From Octopus bimaculoides (Eukaryota): a stretch of 33,145 nt of DNA. Both the position numbers and the translations under genes were made by a program. This document shows, one piece after another, positions 21,761 to 33,145 of the stretch (the stretch's first letter is position 1; each line of letters starts with the position of its first letter). The notes beneath the pieces are model-generated. The model did not search any database, was not told where the DNA came from, and saw only the letters and a list, made by a program, of their open reading frames with translations. The stretch is from contig NC_068986.1 in assembly GCF_001194135.2 (NCBI RefSeq), positions 113,594,983 to 113,628,127 of the forward strand, in the 5' to 3' direction.

Positions 21761-22218
21761 TATATATAGACATTCATACATATATAACATTAATTTAAGG
21801 TTGGAATGCATTTGATTAGAAATCTGTTCCACCTGTCATAATAGCAACAACCATATACACTTTAATAGCCAATCTCTTTACTGTGTATTTCAGTTAGAGC
21901 GGTAGTATGTAGTTATAAAACATTGAATCCAATCCCAGTCAACAACCATCACACTTCAGACGGACACTGGCAGGGATTCGGGAGATAGATTGTTATTAAT
22001 GGCTCCGGGAAACCCAAAAGATGTCGTTTAAGTACTCACATCTGAATGCTCTAATTCTTATACAAGAAACATGTAAACAAATGGTGACTACTTAATTCCT
22101 GTTCCTTTGAAATTTCTTTAACATCACTCTCTATCCTCGCCCAACGCTTAACTCTAAAGCATATCTATACTAATTTCTAACAACTTATTCGTATCACCGT
22201 TACTAGTGGAAACCATAC

Positions 22219-22250
<32 letters not shown>

Positions 22251-22310
22251 TAAAACTGGTCAAGCAACGAAATATCCCTTTAATATACTCTGTAGCTGTC
22301 TTATAGTAGA

Positions 22311-22690
22311 GGCGCAATGGCCCAGTGGTTAGGACAGCGGACTCGCGGTCGTAGGATCGTGGTTTCGATTCCCAGACCGGGCGTTGTGAGTGTTTATGTA
22401 GCGAAAACACCTAGTGTTCCACGAGACTCCGGCAGGGAGTGGTAGCAACTCCTGCTGTACTCTTTCATCACGACGTTCTCTCACTGTTTCTTCCTGTTTC
22501 TCTTGTACCTGTATTTCAAAAGGCTAGCTTTGTCACACTCTGTGTCACGCTGAATCTTCCTGAGAACTACGTTAAGGGTGCACGTGTCTGTGGAGTACTC
22601 AGCCACTTGCACGTAAATTTCACGAGCAGGCTGTTCCGCTGATCGAATCACCTGGAAGCCTCGTCGTCGCAACCGACGAAGTGCTACACA
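22311..22690 (+). mobile_element. Full-length tRNA-derived SINE (octopus OR1-like)
   Basis: GGCGCAATGGCCCAGTGGTTAGG (A-box), GGTTTCGATTCC (B-box), ~380 bp body ending CGTCGTCGCAACCGACGAAGTGC. Possible decayed TSD CTGTCTTATAG (22296) / CTGTCTGATAA (22692). Confidence 0.85.
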
Positions 22691-23076
22691 ACTGTCTGAT
22701 AAGATGTATTTAAATGAACCAATGTTATAGAAGAGGCTAGTGTAAGGTGTTCAATGGAGACTTCGAATTAGCTGCCCAACGACCTTTAAAATTAAAACAA
22801 TTGTTTTTAATTATTAAGTCAACAAGATGCAAATATGATATTTCCGTAAGACATCCACCTGTTTAATAGAGAAATGAAATTAATCATTTCGTGCCTACTT
22901 TAGGAAGGGCTATGATGGTTTTAAGTCCTAAATGTTTGGACAACACACCATACCGTTATAGACATGCTTCACTGATATCGTCAAAAACAGCGGTGGAAGC
23001 AATCTTCAAACAGTTCAAAGATGTACAATTCTTCAAAAGGCAGCGAAAAATAATCTCACCGTTCATAGTCACTCTA

Positions 23077-23175
23077 CAACTACAACGATAACAACGACGA
23101 CGACGACGATGAAGACAACTACGCGAGAAGCAACAGCAATAGCAACAACAACAACAACAACAACAACATCAATAA
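23077..23175. repeat. (CAA)/(CGA)/(CAG) compound trinucleotide repeat
   Basis: Direct reading. Confidence 0.9.
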
Positions 23176-23697
23176 CATACACACAATGCAGTCTGTTTTA
23201 TTTCTTCGACATTCATATCTTCATCATACAGCACATTCTTCCAGTTTCTATTTAGCCGTGTGAATATGAAAAATGTATAAAAATGATAAAGTATGGTTTG
23301 AACGTTTGACGATAAAAAGAATTCTGTTTTCTATTTTCACCAATAGATTAATATCAATTTCATACATTATTCCACCACCCCACAGAACACCCCCGCCCAC
23401 CCCCTCAGCACCTCTATTCTCTTATGAAAGCTAATATCGAAATATTGTCAAGAAAAATCTCCTGTTTCTGTCTGTTTTCCATTTATTTGCTGTTATATAT
23501 TCTTGTTATAGTTTTCGCTTTTTTTTTATACATGTATATACATACAGACACACACACGCACTCTCACACACACAAACACACACACAAGTACATACACACA
23601 CATAGTTTTTTCCATAACATCAATGTGAAAAATAAAATACTTGCGAGAAGTTACAGATATTTTTTCTATATCTTTATATGTGATTTCTTTTATTTTA

Positions 23698-23794
23698 CTA
23701 TTGTTGTTGCTGAAGCAGTTTTTGTTGTTATTGTTGCTGTTGTTGTCGTTATTGCTTTTGTTGTTGCTGTTATTATTATTATTATTATTATTAT
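23698..23794. repeat. (TTG)n/(TTA)n repeat
   Basis: Direct reading; source of the poly-L/V/I ORFs. Confidence 0.92.
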
Positions 23795-24129
23795 TTAAAT
23801 TTCGTTTGCTTTATTTTCTTTTTCAGCTTGCTGTTTCTAATTTAGGCTATCTGCACAAAAGCGTTGTGTCTGAATTGTATTTTCAACGGTGTTATAGATT
23901 TACACTTTGAAAACTATTGATGTATTTAGCGACCAGGCATGTGATAAATCACTTATTGCATTCTAAAATCTATACGACTAATGATACTCTACTCTGGCGA
24001 ATCTCCTCTGCTTTTTATCATTCATGATTTGTTGATATCACAAAAATACTCCCGCTTCTGTAGTAGACGCTTCCGGGCTTAAATCTCAATTAATTCACCG
24101 TGTCTAAACATGGGTCCAGTTGTTATTTT

Positions 24130-24425
24130 GGTTGGTGATGATGACGATGATGATGATGATGATGATGACGATGTTGCTGTCGTCGTTTGTGGTGTTAGTT
24201 CTTGTATGTCTGTGGTGTTACCGATTCTATTACTGCTGTTGTAGTTTGTGGTGATGGTGGTGGTGACGCTGTCTTATATTGGTGTTGGTTGGTGGGCTAT
24301 TTCTGCCGTTTATATTCTTCGTATTTATAGTGGAGGTCGCGAAGATATTGTTGTTCATGGTTTCGTTGTTCATGCTGTTGATATTGGCGGTGGTGGTGGG
24401 GCATTATAAGCGGCAGTAGTAGTGA
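24130..24425. repeat. Degenerate (GAT)/(GTT)/(GGT) trinucleotide tract
   Basis: Direct reading. Confidence 0.8.
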
Positions 24426-24619
24426 GAATTGGGTATTTGTGGGTGCTTTTTCCTTCTCTTTTTCTTTTATGCGTTTTGTTCTTGTTTAACCTCTCATCAA
24501 CCTTCATTGAACCAAGCAGTTATCAAATTTACTTCAAATATGACTACCATTCGTGTTAAACGTTTTCGTGTGGTACTAGTATGTAGCTCTGAAACTTGGG
24601 CATAAAACTGTCGTGACCC

Positions 24620-24870
24620 TTAGGACTCAGAAGGCAGCAGCTTAGCCCATTTTCCAACCGAGTATAACTGACTGTGATTATAAAGACCCTCCACCCTGAA
24701 CGAACCGCTGATATGCTGCAGGATTAATCTACCAGCTAACTATTTTACAGATAAGTGGACTGAGCAGCATAAAATGACGTATTTGCTCAAGGATACAACA
24801 CACCGGCCGGTTTGGAAATCCCAACCACAATCTTCAAATCGTGAGTTCGATACCCTAAAAACTCATCCAA
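24620..24870 (-). mobile_element. Degenerate CORE-type SINE
   Basis: Reverse complement TTAGGGTATCGAACTCACGATTTGAAGATTGTGGTT...CCGGCCGGTGTGTTGTATCCTTGAGCAAA...CAGTCCACTTATCTGTAAAATAG parallels the head and CORE of 20317-20644. Confidence 0.6.
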
Positions 24871-25149
24871 AGCGTTCATTATGCAGCACGTAGCACCTAA
24901 TACGTCACGCTCTTATGTAAAACAGAAATATGAACTTTGAGGGAAATTTGGCTGCTAGATCTATCCACTCTAATAACCACGTTGAGGTCACCACATCATC
25001 TCCAGTAACCTTGCTGAAGATGTTCTTTTAAACATGATCTTCTAATTTTGTATTCATGTATAATGTGTTTACGACTAGATTTTTCCAGGGTGTCTTTCCG
25101 TCTTTTTATGAAGTTAAGGTTTCATTTACTGTTTTTAAAACAGACCTTA

Positions 25150-25620
25150 ATAGTTTTAACATAATCTGAGTTGGGTACAGTTGATGCTACTTAGTACAAT
25201 GAAGAGTGCCCAGGACCATAGCATTTTTGTGGGGGGTGGATTTATCCTGCTACTCTTATTTATCTTAATAAATAGGTTAGGTGTGATTGAAGTATTCGTG
25301 GTTGCTAGTTTTAACAGCAAATGCCACAACATAGAGAGCCATTGTTTTACGTTGTTAAATAGAAATAGAAACCTATGCAAGGGCAATGTGTCAAATGAAG
25401 ATTAATACTTTCAATTATTTTCTCAGCATTTCGCATTAGGCGCTAGTTTTCTAACAATGGAATTGATATTCCTCTGCAACATGTCTCAGTTCTTTGAATA
25501 TTCTTTTGCGAAATAAGGAACCGTTTCCAGGAAGCAACGTGCTCCTTTGAGACAGATAACACGGATGTACTCATTCAACATCTTCTCGACAACCGCAGAA
25601 AATGCTTTAGGAGAGAAAAG
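25150..25620 (-). mobile_element. Possible very old LINE reverse-transcriptase remnant
   Basis: Minus-strand pieces FSAVVEKMLNEY, SSFDTLPLHRFL, FIKINKSS, VLGTL appear in the order of RT motifs SKVFEK / KAFDTVPH / ..KIN / PQGSVLGP. Weak. Confidence 0.25.
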
Positions 25621-26052
25621 GCGAGGAATTTGAGGTTCAATGAATAGGAGGAGTGGAGCTGGGGGATAATTTGGAGCGTAGTGTGTGGGGGTAGTAAAAA
25701 TATTTGCAAATGACGAGAGGAGGACCGAAAGGATTATTTAATTAAGCGTGGGCGGGGATTTCAGAGGCATAAGCACTAAAAGCGGTAGAAAACATAAAAT
25801 GAAGAATACAAAGTAGCCCGCGGGTTTGGGTAAATGTATGAAACGGATATGACTTGCCGAGGATAAATTAAATATCATGGAATTTATAGGGGACATTTAT
25901 TCCTAAAATCTCTTTTCAAAAATTAAATGTACATTGAGGTAAATATTCATTATAAAAACGCTATTGAGAGTAAAGTACAGAAAGAATTTTGAGGTGTAGG
26001 AAAACTTTGTGTGTAAAGATATGTGGGTAAAAAAATCATCCATATGTTCTGA

Positions 26053-26114
26053 TAGACAGACAGACAGACAAACATCAGACAGACAGACAGACAGACAGAT
26101 AGATAGATAGATAA

Positions 26115-26158
<44 letters not shown>
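26053..26158. repeat. (GACA)n/(GATA)n microsatellite
   Basis: Direct reading. Confidence 0.96.
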
Positions 26159-26159
<1 letters not shown>

Positions 26160-27480
26160 AATATGCGTGTGGAGTGAAAAAGAGAGAAAGAGAGAGAAAG
26201 AAAGAATGAGACTTATTAAGTTCCTTGGAGTGATAACAAAGATAGAAATTATGCAAATGAATGTATTCATTTCTTGAGAAGAGCAATGTTTGGTAAAAGC
26301 CATGCACGTTTTCAGCCTTAAAAAACTCTTTCAGTATACTTTATAATTACTGGAAGCTATCTGTTCAAACACTCGTATAATATTTGCTTCTGTCTGACTC
26401 GGTTTGTATAGACAAAGGGAAGGGGTAATAGATCACGTATGAATTCATAAGTTTCTTTTACGTAAGTTGAGATTACAAAGATTCATTAAGGTGCTCAGAT
26501 TTGTTTGATTTTTAACTACTGTTAATCACGAGTTTGAACGCTTGCAAGTAATGTATATTTTACTAACAATTTTAAAACTAAATGTCAATAACAAAGTGAT
26601 GTTATTTGGATCCAGACCCCGAATTAGACATGGCCAGAGAGGCAGGAGGCGTTTTACATCTCGTATAAAAAAAACCCCAGATAAGTGGGTTAAACTCTAG
26701 AAATATAGAATTTGGTTTTTGCTTTAGCCTCTACTTACGTAATCTTAATTATCAACTTATACTGATGCTGAATCATTATAGTTATGTACTCATAATTAAT
26801 TATTATAGGTTTTCTTTGGGTTGTAGAAGAGTTGTGCCTGGAAGAAGCAGATTTACTTTTATTTTTGTATCCCTGTAGTTTAGTCCTTGTTACGATAATA
26901 TGGGTATGGAGCTTAACGATGATGAGAGATTTTTTCCTGTCATGGCTCACCCTCCTTTGATTATTCTAAGACAACTGAGCGTATTTCAGTGAAATGTTGC
27001 TGTTATTTCTAGCAGGTCAAACGGTCATGTAAAGGACCACTCTATTAAATCGTAATTTCAGAATTAGAAAACTCTGCAAGTGAGAGTTGTCAACTAAAGA
27101 TTTATTTTTTCAATTACTTCCCGAGCTCTTAGTATTTGACTTTTATTTTTTAATGCTTTCGTTAAATCATTCGGTTAGAGACAATAAATAAATAAATAGA
27201 AATATATATATATATAAAAAACACAGAAGCATTTTGAGTTAGACAACCAGATTGGCAATGTTCTTAGACTAAGCTGTCTTCCAGAACATTCTTGATTAAA
27301 ATGATAATGATAAATGACACAAAATAGAATAAGAAGTAACTTAAAATAGCATAAAATACGTAGGAGAACGTTGCCTCCTTAAGGAAAGATTAAAACAACA
27401 CTTCAAAACTAAATTAAACAATCTGAAAAGACATATATATGCGTTTGTGCGCTTGTTGTGTACTGTATATATATATATAT

Positions 27481-28196
27481 NNNNNNNNNNNNNNNNNNNN
27501 NNNNNNNNNNNNNNNNNNNNNNNNNNNNNNNNNNNNNNNNNNNNNNNNNNNNNNNNNNNNNNNNNNNNNNNNNNNNNNNNNNNNNNNNNNNNNNNNNNNN
27601 NNNNNNNNNNNNNNNNNNNNNNNNNNNNNNNNNNNNNNNNNNNNNNNNNNNNNNNNNNNNNNNNNNNNNNNNNNNNNNNNNNNNNNNNNNNNNNNNNNNN
27701 NNNNNNNNNNNNNNNNNNNNNNNNNNNNNNNNNNNNNNNNNNNNNNNNNNNNNNNNNNNNNNNNNNNNNNNNNNNNNNNNNNNNNNNNNNNNNNNNNNNN
27801 NNNNNNNNNNNNNNNNNNNNNNNNNNNNNNNNNNNNNNNNNNNNNNNNNNNNNNNNNNNNNNNNNNNNNNNNNNNNNNNNNNNNNNNNNNNNNNNNNNNN
27901 NNNNNNNNNNNNNNNNNNNNNNNNNNNNNNNNNNNNNNNNNNNNNNNNNNNNNNNNNNNNNNNNNNNNNNNNNNNNNNNNNNNNNNNNNNNNNNNNNNNN
28001 NNNNNNNNNNNNNNNNNNNNNNNNNNNNNNNNNNNNNNNNNNNNNNNNNNNNNNNNNNNNNNNNNNNNNNNNNNNNNNNNNNNNNNNNNNNNNNNNNNNN
28101 NNNNNNNNNNNNNNNNNNNNNNNNNNNNNNNNNNNNNNNNNNNNNNNNNNNNNNNNNNNNNNNNNNNNNNNNNNNNNNNNNNNNNNNNNNNNNNNN
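27481..28196. other. Largest assembly gap (N-run)
   Basis: Other gaps: 652-661, 3470-3479, 4665-4948, 12259-12573, 13016-13059, 16405-16685, 17465-17631, 20756-21263, 30650-30901. Nearly all abut (TA)n, (CA)n or (GAA)n, as expected for short-read scaffolding. Confidence 0.99.
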
Positions 28197-28764
28197 ATAT
28201 ATATATGATATTTTAATGAAACCAAGATGGAACTATATTTGTTTACCCTAATTTGCTGAACAGTGTTACAAGTGTTGGAAACTTAATTAATTAGAATGTG
28301 CATCAACATTTCAGTAATTAGTACGAGCTATAGAATGAAAGCAGACATCTGTTGCTATATAATCGGATGTAGTATTGAAAGAAATTAAAGGTTTTCTAAA
28401 ACCACCTTATCACATACAAACTCGAGACTAGTTTAAATATTTTTAGAGATATTTGAACGTGTAGAAGCTGTTCACTGTAGTTTGTCGCGGAGAATATATC
28501 CTCACTTAAGACAAAAAGTGTTAGAACAAAACAATTAGCCCTGATTGCTCTTTATTGGACTTTATCGGAGTACATTTCTAACTTGTTAGTTTTCTCAGCA
28601 CCAGAAACCATGTGAGGTAGCTCTACAACTAATTAGGAAGAGAAATGCCTTCATTTGAATTTTGTTAATACCGCCCAATGTCAGAGCATATTGACCGCCA
28701 TGCTGGAAAAAAACCTGAGTTGATGCGCCGAGCAGTGACGGAAAGAGATAAAAACTATGATGAG

Positions 28765-28966
28765 TTCAAATATATTTGAGGTGTATTTGAACCTGCAAAT
28801 GTCTCTGAATGCAGTACAAATATGCTTGAAGTGTATTCGAACCTGTAAATGTCTCTCAATGCAGTTTGTCAAGGAGAAAATAAATTCTCCTTTCAGATCA
28901 TTTTTCACAAGGCAAACTACACTGAAAACTCTTTGCAGGTTCAAATATACCTAAAACATATTTGAA
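28765..28966. mobile_element. Small foldback/MITE-like element with ~35-bp terminal inverted repeats and internal 50-bp tandem duplication
   Basis: TTCAAATATATTTGAGGTGTATTTGAACCTGCAAA (28765-28799) is nearly the reverse complement of 28932-28966. A 50-bp unit occurs at 28768-28817 and again at 28818-28867. Confidence 0.55.
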
Positions 28967-29120
28967 GAGGACATAAGCTTACGGGCGCTTACTCAGTCAT
29001 ATGTTCACTTTATATCTCCACTCATCCCAGCAAAGCATAGCGCTCTAAAGGATTATCTATTTATTACCAATGCTATTATGAAAATTAGGATGTTTGTGTG
29101 TGCCGATATGCCAGCCTATA

Positions 29121-29220
29121 TTTATCTCTTTATTGCCCACAAGGGACTAAACGTAGAGGGGACAAACAAGGACCGACAAAGGTATTAAGTCGATTACATC
29201 GACCATAGTGCGGAACTGGT
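29121..29220 (-). mobile_element. 3' half of an OK-like SINE
   Basis: TTTATTGCCCACAAGGGACTAAAC.TAGAGGGGACAAACAAGGAC.GACAAAGG.ATTAAGTCGATTACATCGACC is the reverse complement of 2846-2940. Confidence 0.85.
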
Positions 29221-29554
29221 GTGCTACACTCAAATTGTCGTTTCTGCAAAGCTTTCAAATTTCCAAATGAAACTAATGGCATGTGCTGCTCGGGCGGTAA
29301 GGTAAGATTGCAAGCACTACTAGATCCTTACCGTCTCCCATTGCAACCCATTTCTAGAATGTACCCATTTACCTAGAATATCTCCATTACACCTCCATTC
29401 ATTTGACTGTCAACCATACGACGGGTCGTGTTAGACGTAGCGCTGATCACCTCAGAGTAGAGTATTCCACTGAGCTTTTCAGTGGGTTAGAAAATTACAT
29501 ACCTTCACCCCTAATTTTCCATGATAGGTTAGCACTTGTGCATGTATATATGTA

Positions 29555-29600
29555 CATATGTATATCTATCTATATATCGATATATATATAAGTATATAGA

Positions 29601-29650
<50 letters not shown>

Positions 29651-29782
29651 CATGTTTATACATATAAATATATACATTTGTATATATCTAAATATATAAA
29701 TATATGTATATATGCATATATATATTATATACGCACAGCCACACACACACGCACACACACACACACACATATATTTACACGG

Positions 29783-29826
<44 letters not shown>

Positions 29827-29835
29827 GTGTGTGTA
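29555..29835. repeat. (TA)n/(CA)n/(TG)n compound microsatellite
   Basis: Direct reading. Confidence 0.94.
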
Positions 29836-30901
29836 TAAAAGCAATTGTATGTATACGTTTCAATAAATAATTTGTAATGTGTGCGTCTGTGAATATATAT
29901 CACAGTCAGCCAGCTATAACAAAATTAAAAGTAAATTGCCAAAGAATGATATTAATAATATATTATGTTCGCATCTGACACACAGACAAACACACAAACA
30001 TATACAGCCTCTTGCATTGACACACTCACGCCCACACACACCATCAGTCATGTACACATGCACACCTATATATGCTTGCATGCGCACACGCACCCACCGC
30101 CACTCAGGCACAAATAGACTGCTCACTCATAAAGGCTTTCTAAATTTTATTTATGTTCAATACGAAATACTCTGTCATGTGATGTCGAAATTCCCATGCG
30201 GCGTTGTGGGAGTATTTAATAATTAATGATACAATGATAAGGTTGATTGGAAAATTATGTGCACCACAACCATTTACAAACATAAATATGTAGATTATAC
30301 ATACACTCACACACAAATACGTGCATACACATGCATATTCACGTATATACATATATGCATGAATGTATGTATGAATGTATACGCATAAAGATATACAAAG
30401 ATTTATGTATATACAAAGATAGGCACCCACGCATACACCCACACACCCACACACACACATATATATATATGTACATACATACATAGTAGTATATTGTTAT
30501 TTGAAATATTTCTTAGACAAAGGAAAATATATTTTCTTGCATACAATTTTATGAAAAGTCTCAATGAAATAGAAAGTACAATTTTCTGAGGTTTAATTTT
30601 TATAAATATATATGTATGTGTGTGCTTATATATATATATATATATATATNNNNNNNNNNNNNNNNNNNNNNNNNNNNNNNNNNNNNNNNNNNNNNNNNNN
30701 NNNNNNNNNNNNNNNNNNNNNNNNNNNNNNNNNNNNNNNNNNNNNNNNNNNNNNNNNNNNNNNNNNNNNNNNNNNNNNNNNNNNNNNNNNNNNNNNNNNN
30801 NNNNNNNNNNNNNNNNNNNNNNNNNNNNNNNNNNNNNNNNNNNNNNNNNNNNNNNNNNNNNNNNNNNNNNNNNNNNNNNNNNNNNNNNNNNNNNNNNNNN
30901 N

Positions 30902-30938
<37 letters not shown>

Positions 30939-31319
30939 GCGAGAAAGAGAGACGGACAGACAGACAGTCAAACAGCATGAGTAATGCGATCCCCAAAATC
31001 TTCGTTCAGATAGTTGTCATCAAGCAAACATACACCTTATAGAAGCAGATGATACTCAACAAAAGTTTATCAATCGTCCCAAATTGAATTTTATGTAGAT
31101 TTCGATACGATGACTGGAACCATACAACACACGGTTCAGACACGAAAATTGCTTATTAAAGGATTGTCTTGTTACGGCAATGGGCTTGTAAACCGCAGAT
31201 AAAGGTGTCTGAAAGATATGTGAAGCTAAATGTTACAACGTTGATTTACGTAACACCAGTTCATTTTTATCTGTTGTGGCTTTACCTTGTCCATTCTGTA
31301 TACCTATCAATGTGAGTAC

Positions 31320-31376
<57 letters not shown>

Positions 31377-31409
31377 TCTGTGTGTCTGTGTTTGTGTTTG
31401 TGTCTGTGT

Positions 31410-31810
31410 GAGAGAGAGAGAGATCTTTTATATTTTACTTTTATATTCACTGGATATCCGGTCATGCTGGGACATCGTGTTCAACACCTTAGTGGAACAG
31501 ATTGGCCACAGTGCTTATGGTCGAACCGCTAAGTTATGGACACGTAAACATATCTAAACTGTTTGTCCAGTGGTGATAGAAGACAAACACAAATACGCGC
31601 ACACACACACACGTATACACGCAAACACATTCACATACACATACACATATACATGCACGACAAGCTTCTTCGAGTTTCTGTCTACCGATCCACTCATCAA
31701 TCTTTGGTCGGATCGAGACTATAGTAGAAGACACAGCCATGGTGCCAAACGACCGTGCCAAACCTGGAACCATTTGGTTTGGAGGCATATTTAATAGGGC
31801 AAAACCAAGC
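31410..31810 (-). mobile_element. tRNA-derived SINE with internal (TG)n microsatellite and LINE-like tail
   Basis: Reverse complement: GCAGGCTTGG...CCAAATGGTTCCAGGTT...GTGTCTTCTACTATAGTCTCGATCCGACCAAAG...GGTAGACAGAAACTCGAAGAAGCTTGTCG-(TG-rich)-...GTTTACGTGTCCATAACTTAGCGGTTCG...GATGTCCCAGCATGACC...AAAAGTAAAA. Confidence 0.72.
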
Positions 31811-31843
31811 CTGCGTCTGTATATATATGTATATATATATATA

Positions 31844-33075
31844 CAGGAGTTGGACAAAATAATGGAAACACCTTAAAATTTCAAACAAACTTGTATTAAT
31901 ATGGGGCAGTAATTACGGTTTGAATTCTATGAGGTAGGGACTCGTACAAAGAATGAATTTTTTTCAAAGGAATTTTTGTCCAATCTTCAGCTAAAATATT
32001 CTCCAGTTCTTGTAGTGATGATGGTGAAGGATATCGACTCCCTACTTGTTGTTTTTTTCTAAAATGCAACATAAATGTTCAATAATATTGAGATCTGGAG
32101 ACTGTGGCGGCCAGATAAGATGTTCAACTTAACTAGAATGTTCTTCGTGCCATTCAGTAACAACTTTAGCCCTGTGAATTGTTGCATTATCATCCTGAAA
32201 GATTACGTTTCCCTCCGGAAACAGTTCTGCAACAATAGGATGAATTTGATCAAACAAAATGCTTAAATAGTCATGCCTATTAATTCTACCATGAAGGGAA
32301 ACCATTGGACCGGCGGATTTCCAAGATATAGCCCCCCAGATCATCACAAATCTGTTAACAGTTGGAAGAAGCAATCTGGGTCAAATGCACCTTTGGGATG
32401 TCTCCACACGTATACTCAGCCGGTGGTCAGAAATAAGGTAAAAGATGACTCGTCCGAGAAAATAACGTTTTTCCACTGCTCTAAGGACCAATACTGTAGG
32501 TTTTCCCTCCACTGCAAATGCTTTGCAACGTTTGTTTTTGAAAGTAGTGGTTTTTCTGATTGCAGCCTTCCCATGAAATCTGCCTTTGTGCTGCTCCCAG
32601 AGAACAGTTTTTGTGGAAACTGGGTCCTCGAGGTTGTCATTAAGCTCTTCAGGAATTATGGGATCTGTACTTTTGTGATTCTTTCCAACAATTCGCGTAA
32701 GAATCCGACGGTCCCTATCTTAAAGTTTTGGTTTTCTTCCGCGGTTTAATTTTGACGAGGAAGTTTTTCCCACTTTCTCAAAGGCTGTCATTACTTTCGA
32801 GACAGTACTTCTTGATACACCAAATATTTCGGCTGTTTTCGTCACTCTAGCGCCTGCCATAAGAGCACCAACAATTTGACGTCTTTGAAAGGTAATTTTA
32901 ATTACCTTTCTCTGATGATATCCGAAAGGAAACAGCAATTGTAGCAAAACATATTAAGCAACACTAATAATAAATAAAAGAACATAAAAATAAGTAGGCT
33001 TTTGACGGTATTATGGACACTTCAAGATTATGAAGCTATGATGCCAGGTGTTTCCATTATTTTGTTTAACCCCTA
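31844..33075 (-). mobile_element. Full-length Tc1-family (DD34E) transposon with both TIRs; transposase pseudogenised
   Basis: 29-bp TIRs CAGGAGTTGGACAAAATAATGGAAACACC (31844-31872) and GGTGTTTCCATTATTTTGTTTAACCCCTA (33047-33075; 25/29 match), flanked by TA. Translations FQRRQIVGA..AGARVTKTAEIFGVSRSTVSKV, GRKPKL, KPLLSKTN, WKNVIFSDESSF, VMIWGAISW, IFQDDNATIH, WPPQSPDLNIIEH. Frameshifts and stops present. Confidence 0.96.
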
Positions 33076-33145
33076 TATATATTTACATATATAGTGAATA
33101 GAAAATAGAGTGATATATAACAATATATATATATATATATATATA

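Noticed and set aside
20317-22390. tRNA-like heads at 20317 and 22311 as true tRNA genes
   Set aside because: They lack a complete acceptor stem and continue into SINE bodies.
28765-28867. 50-bp tandem repeat as a CRISPR-like array
   Set aside because: Eukaryotic context, only two units and no unique spacers.

Overview
AT-rich, microsatellite-dense eukaryotic non-coding DNA, most likely from an octopus short-read assembly. This is inferred from tRNA-derived SINEs resembling the octopus OK/OR1/OR2 families and from ten N-gaps that mostly sit next to simple repeats. No intact host protein-coding gene can be supported; almost all ORF-track entries are translated microsatellites or N-runs. The window is a transposon graveyard: a decayed piggyBac, a 5'-truncated mariner, a full-length but mutated Tc1 with both TIRs, RTE and CR1 LINE fragments, a Penelope-like (PLE) GIY-YIG fragment, and many SINEs. 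The most interesting signal is a set of minimal type-I hammerhead-ribozyme-like motifs in PLE-type terminal repeats (13.9-16.4 kb and 21.7 kb). Two copies have a palindromic stem III (AACGUU) and share a non-canonical CUGUGGA core. Other observations: a tRNA-like cloverleaf inside a ~294-bp direct repeat, an inverted SINE cluster (possible dsRNA/ADAR substrate), a 3' tail shared by a LINE and a SINE, and a small foldback element.
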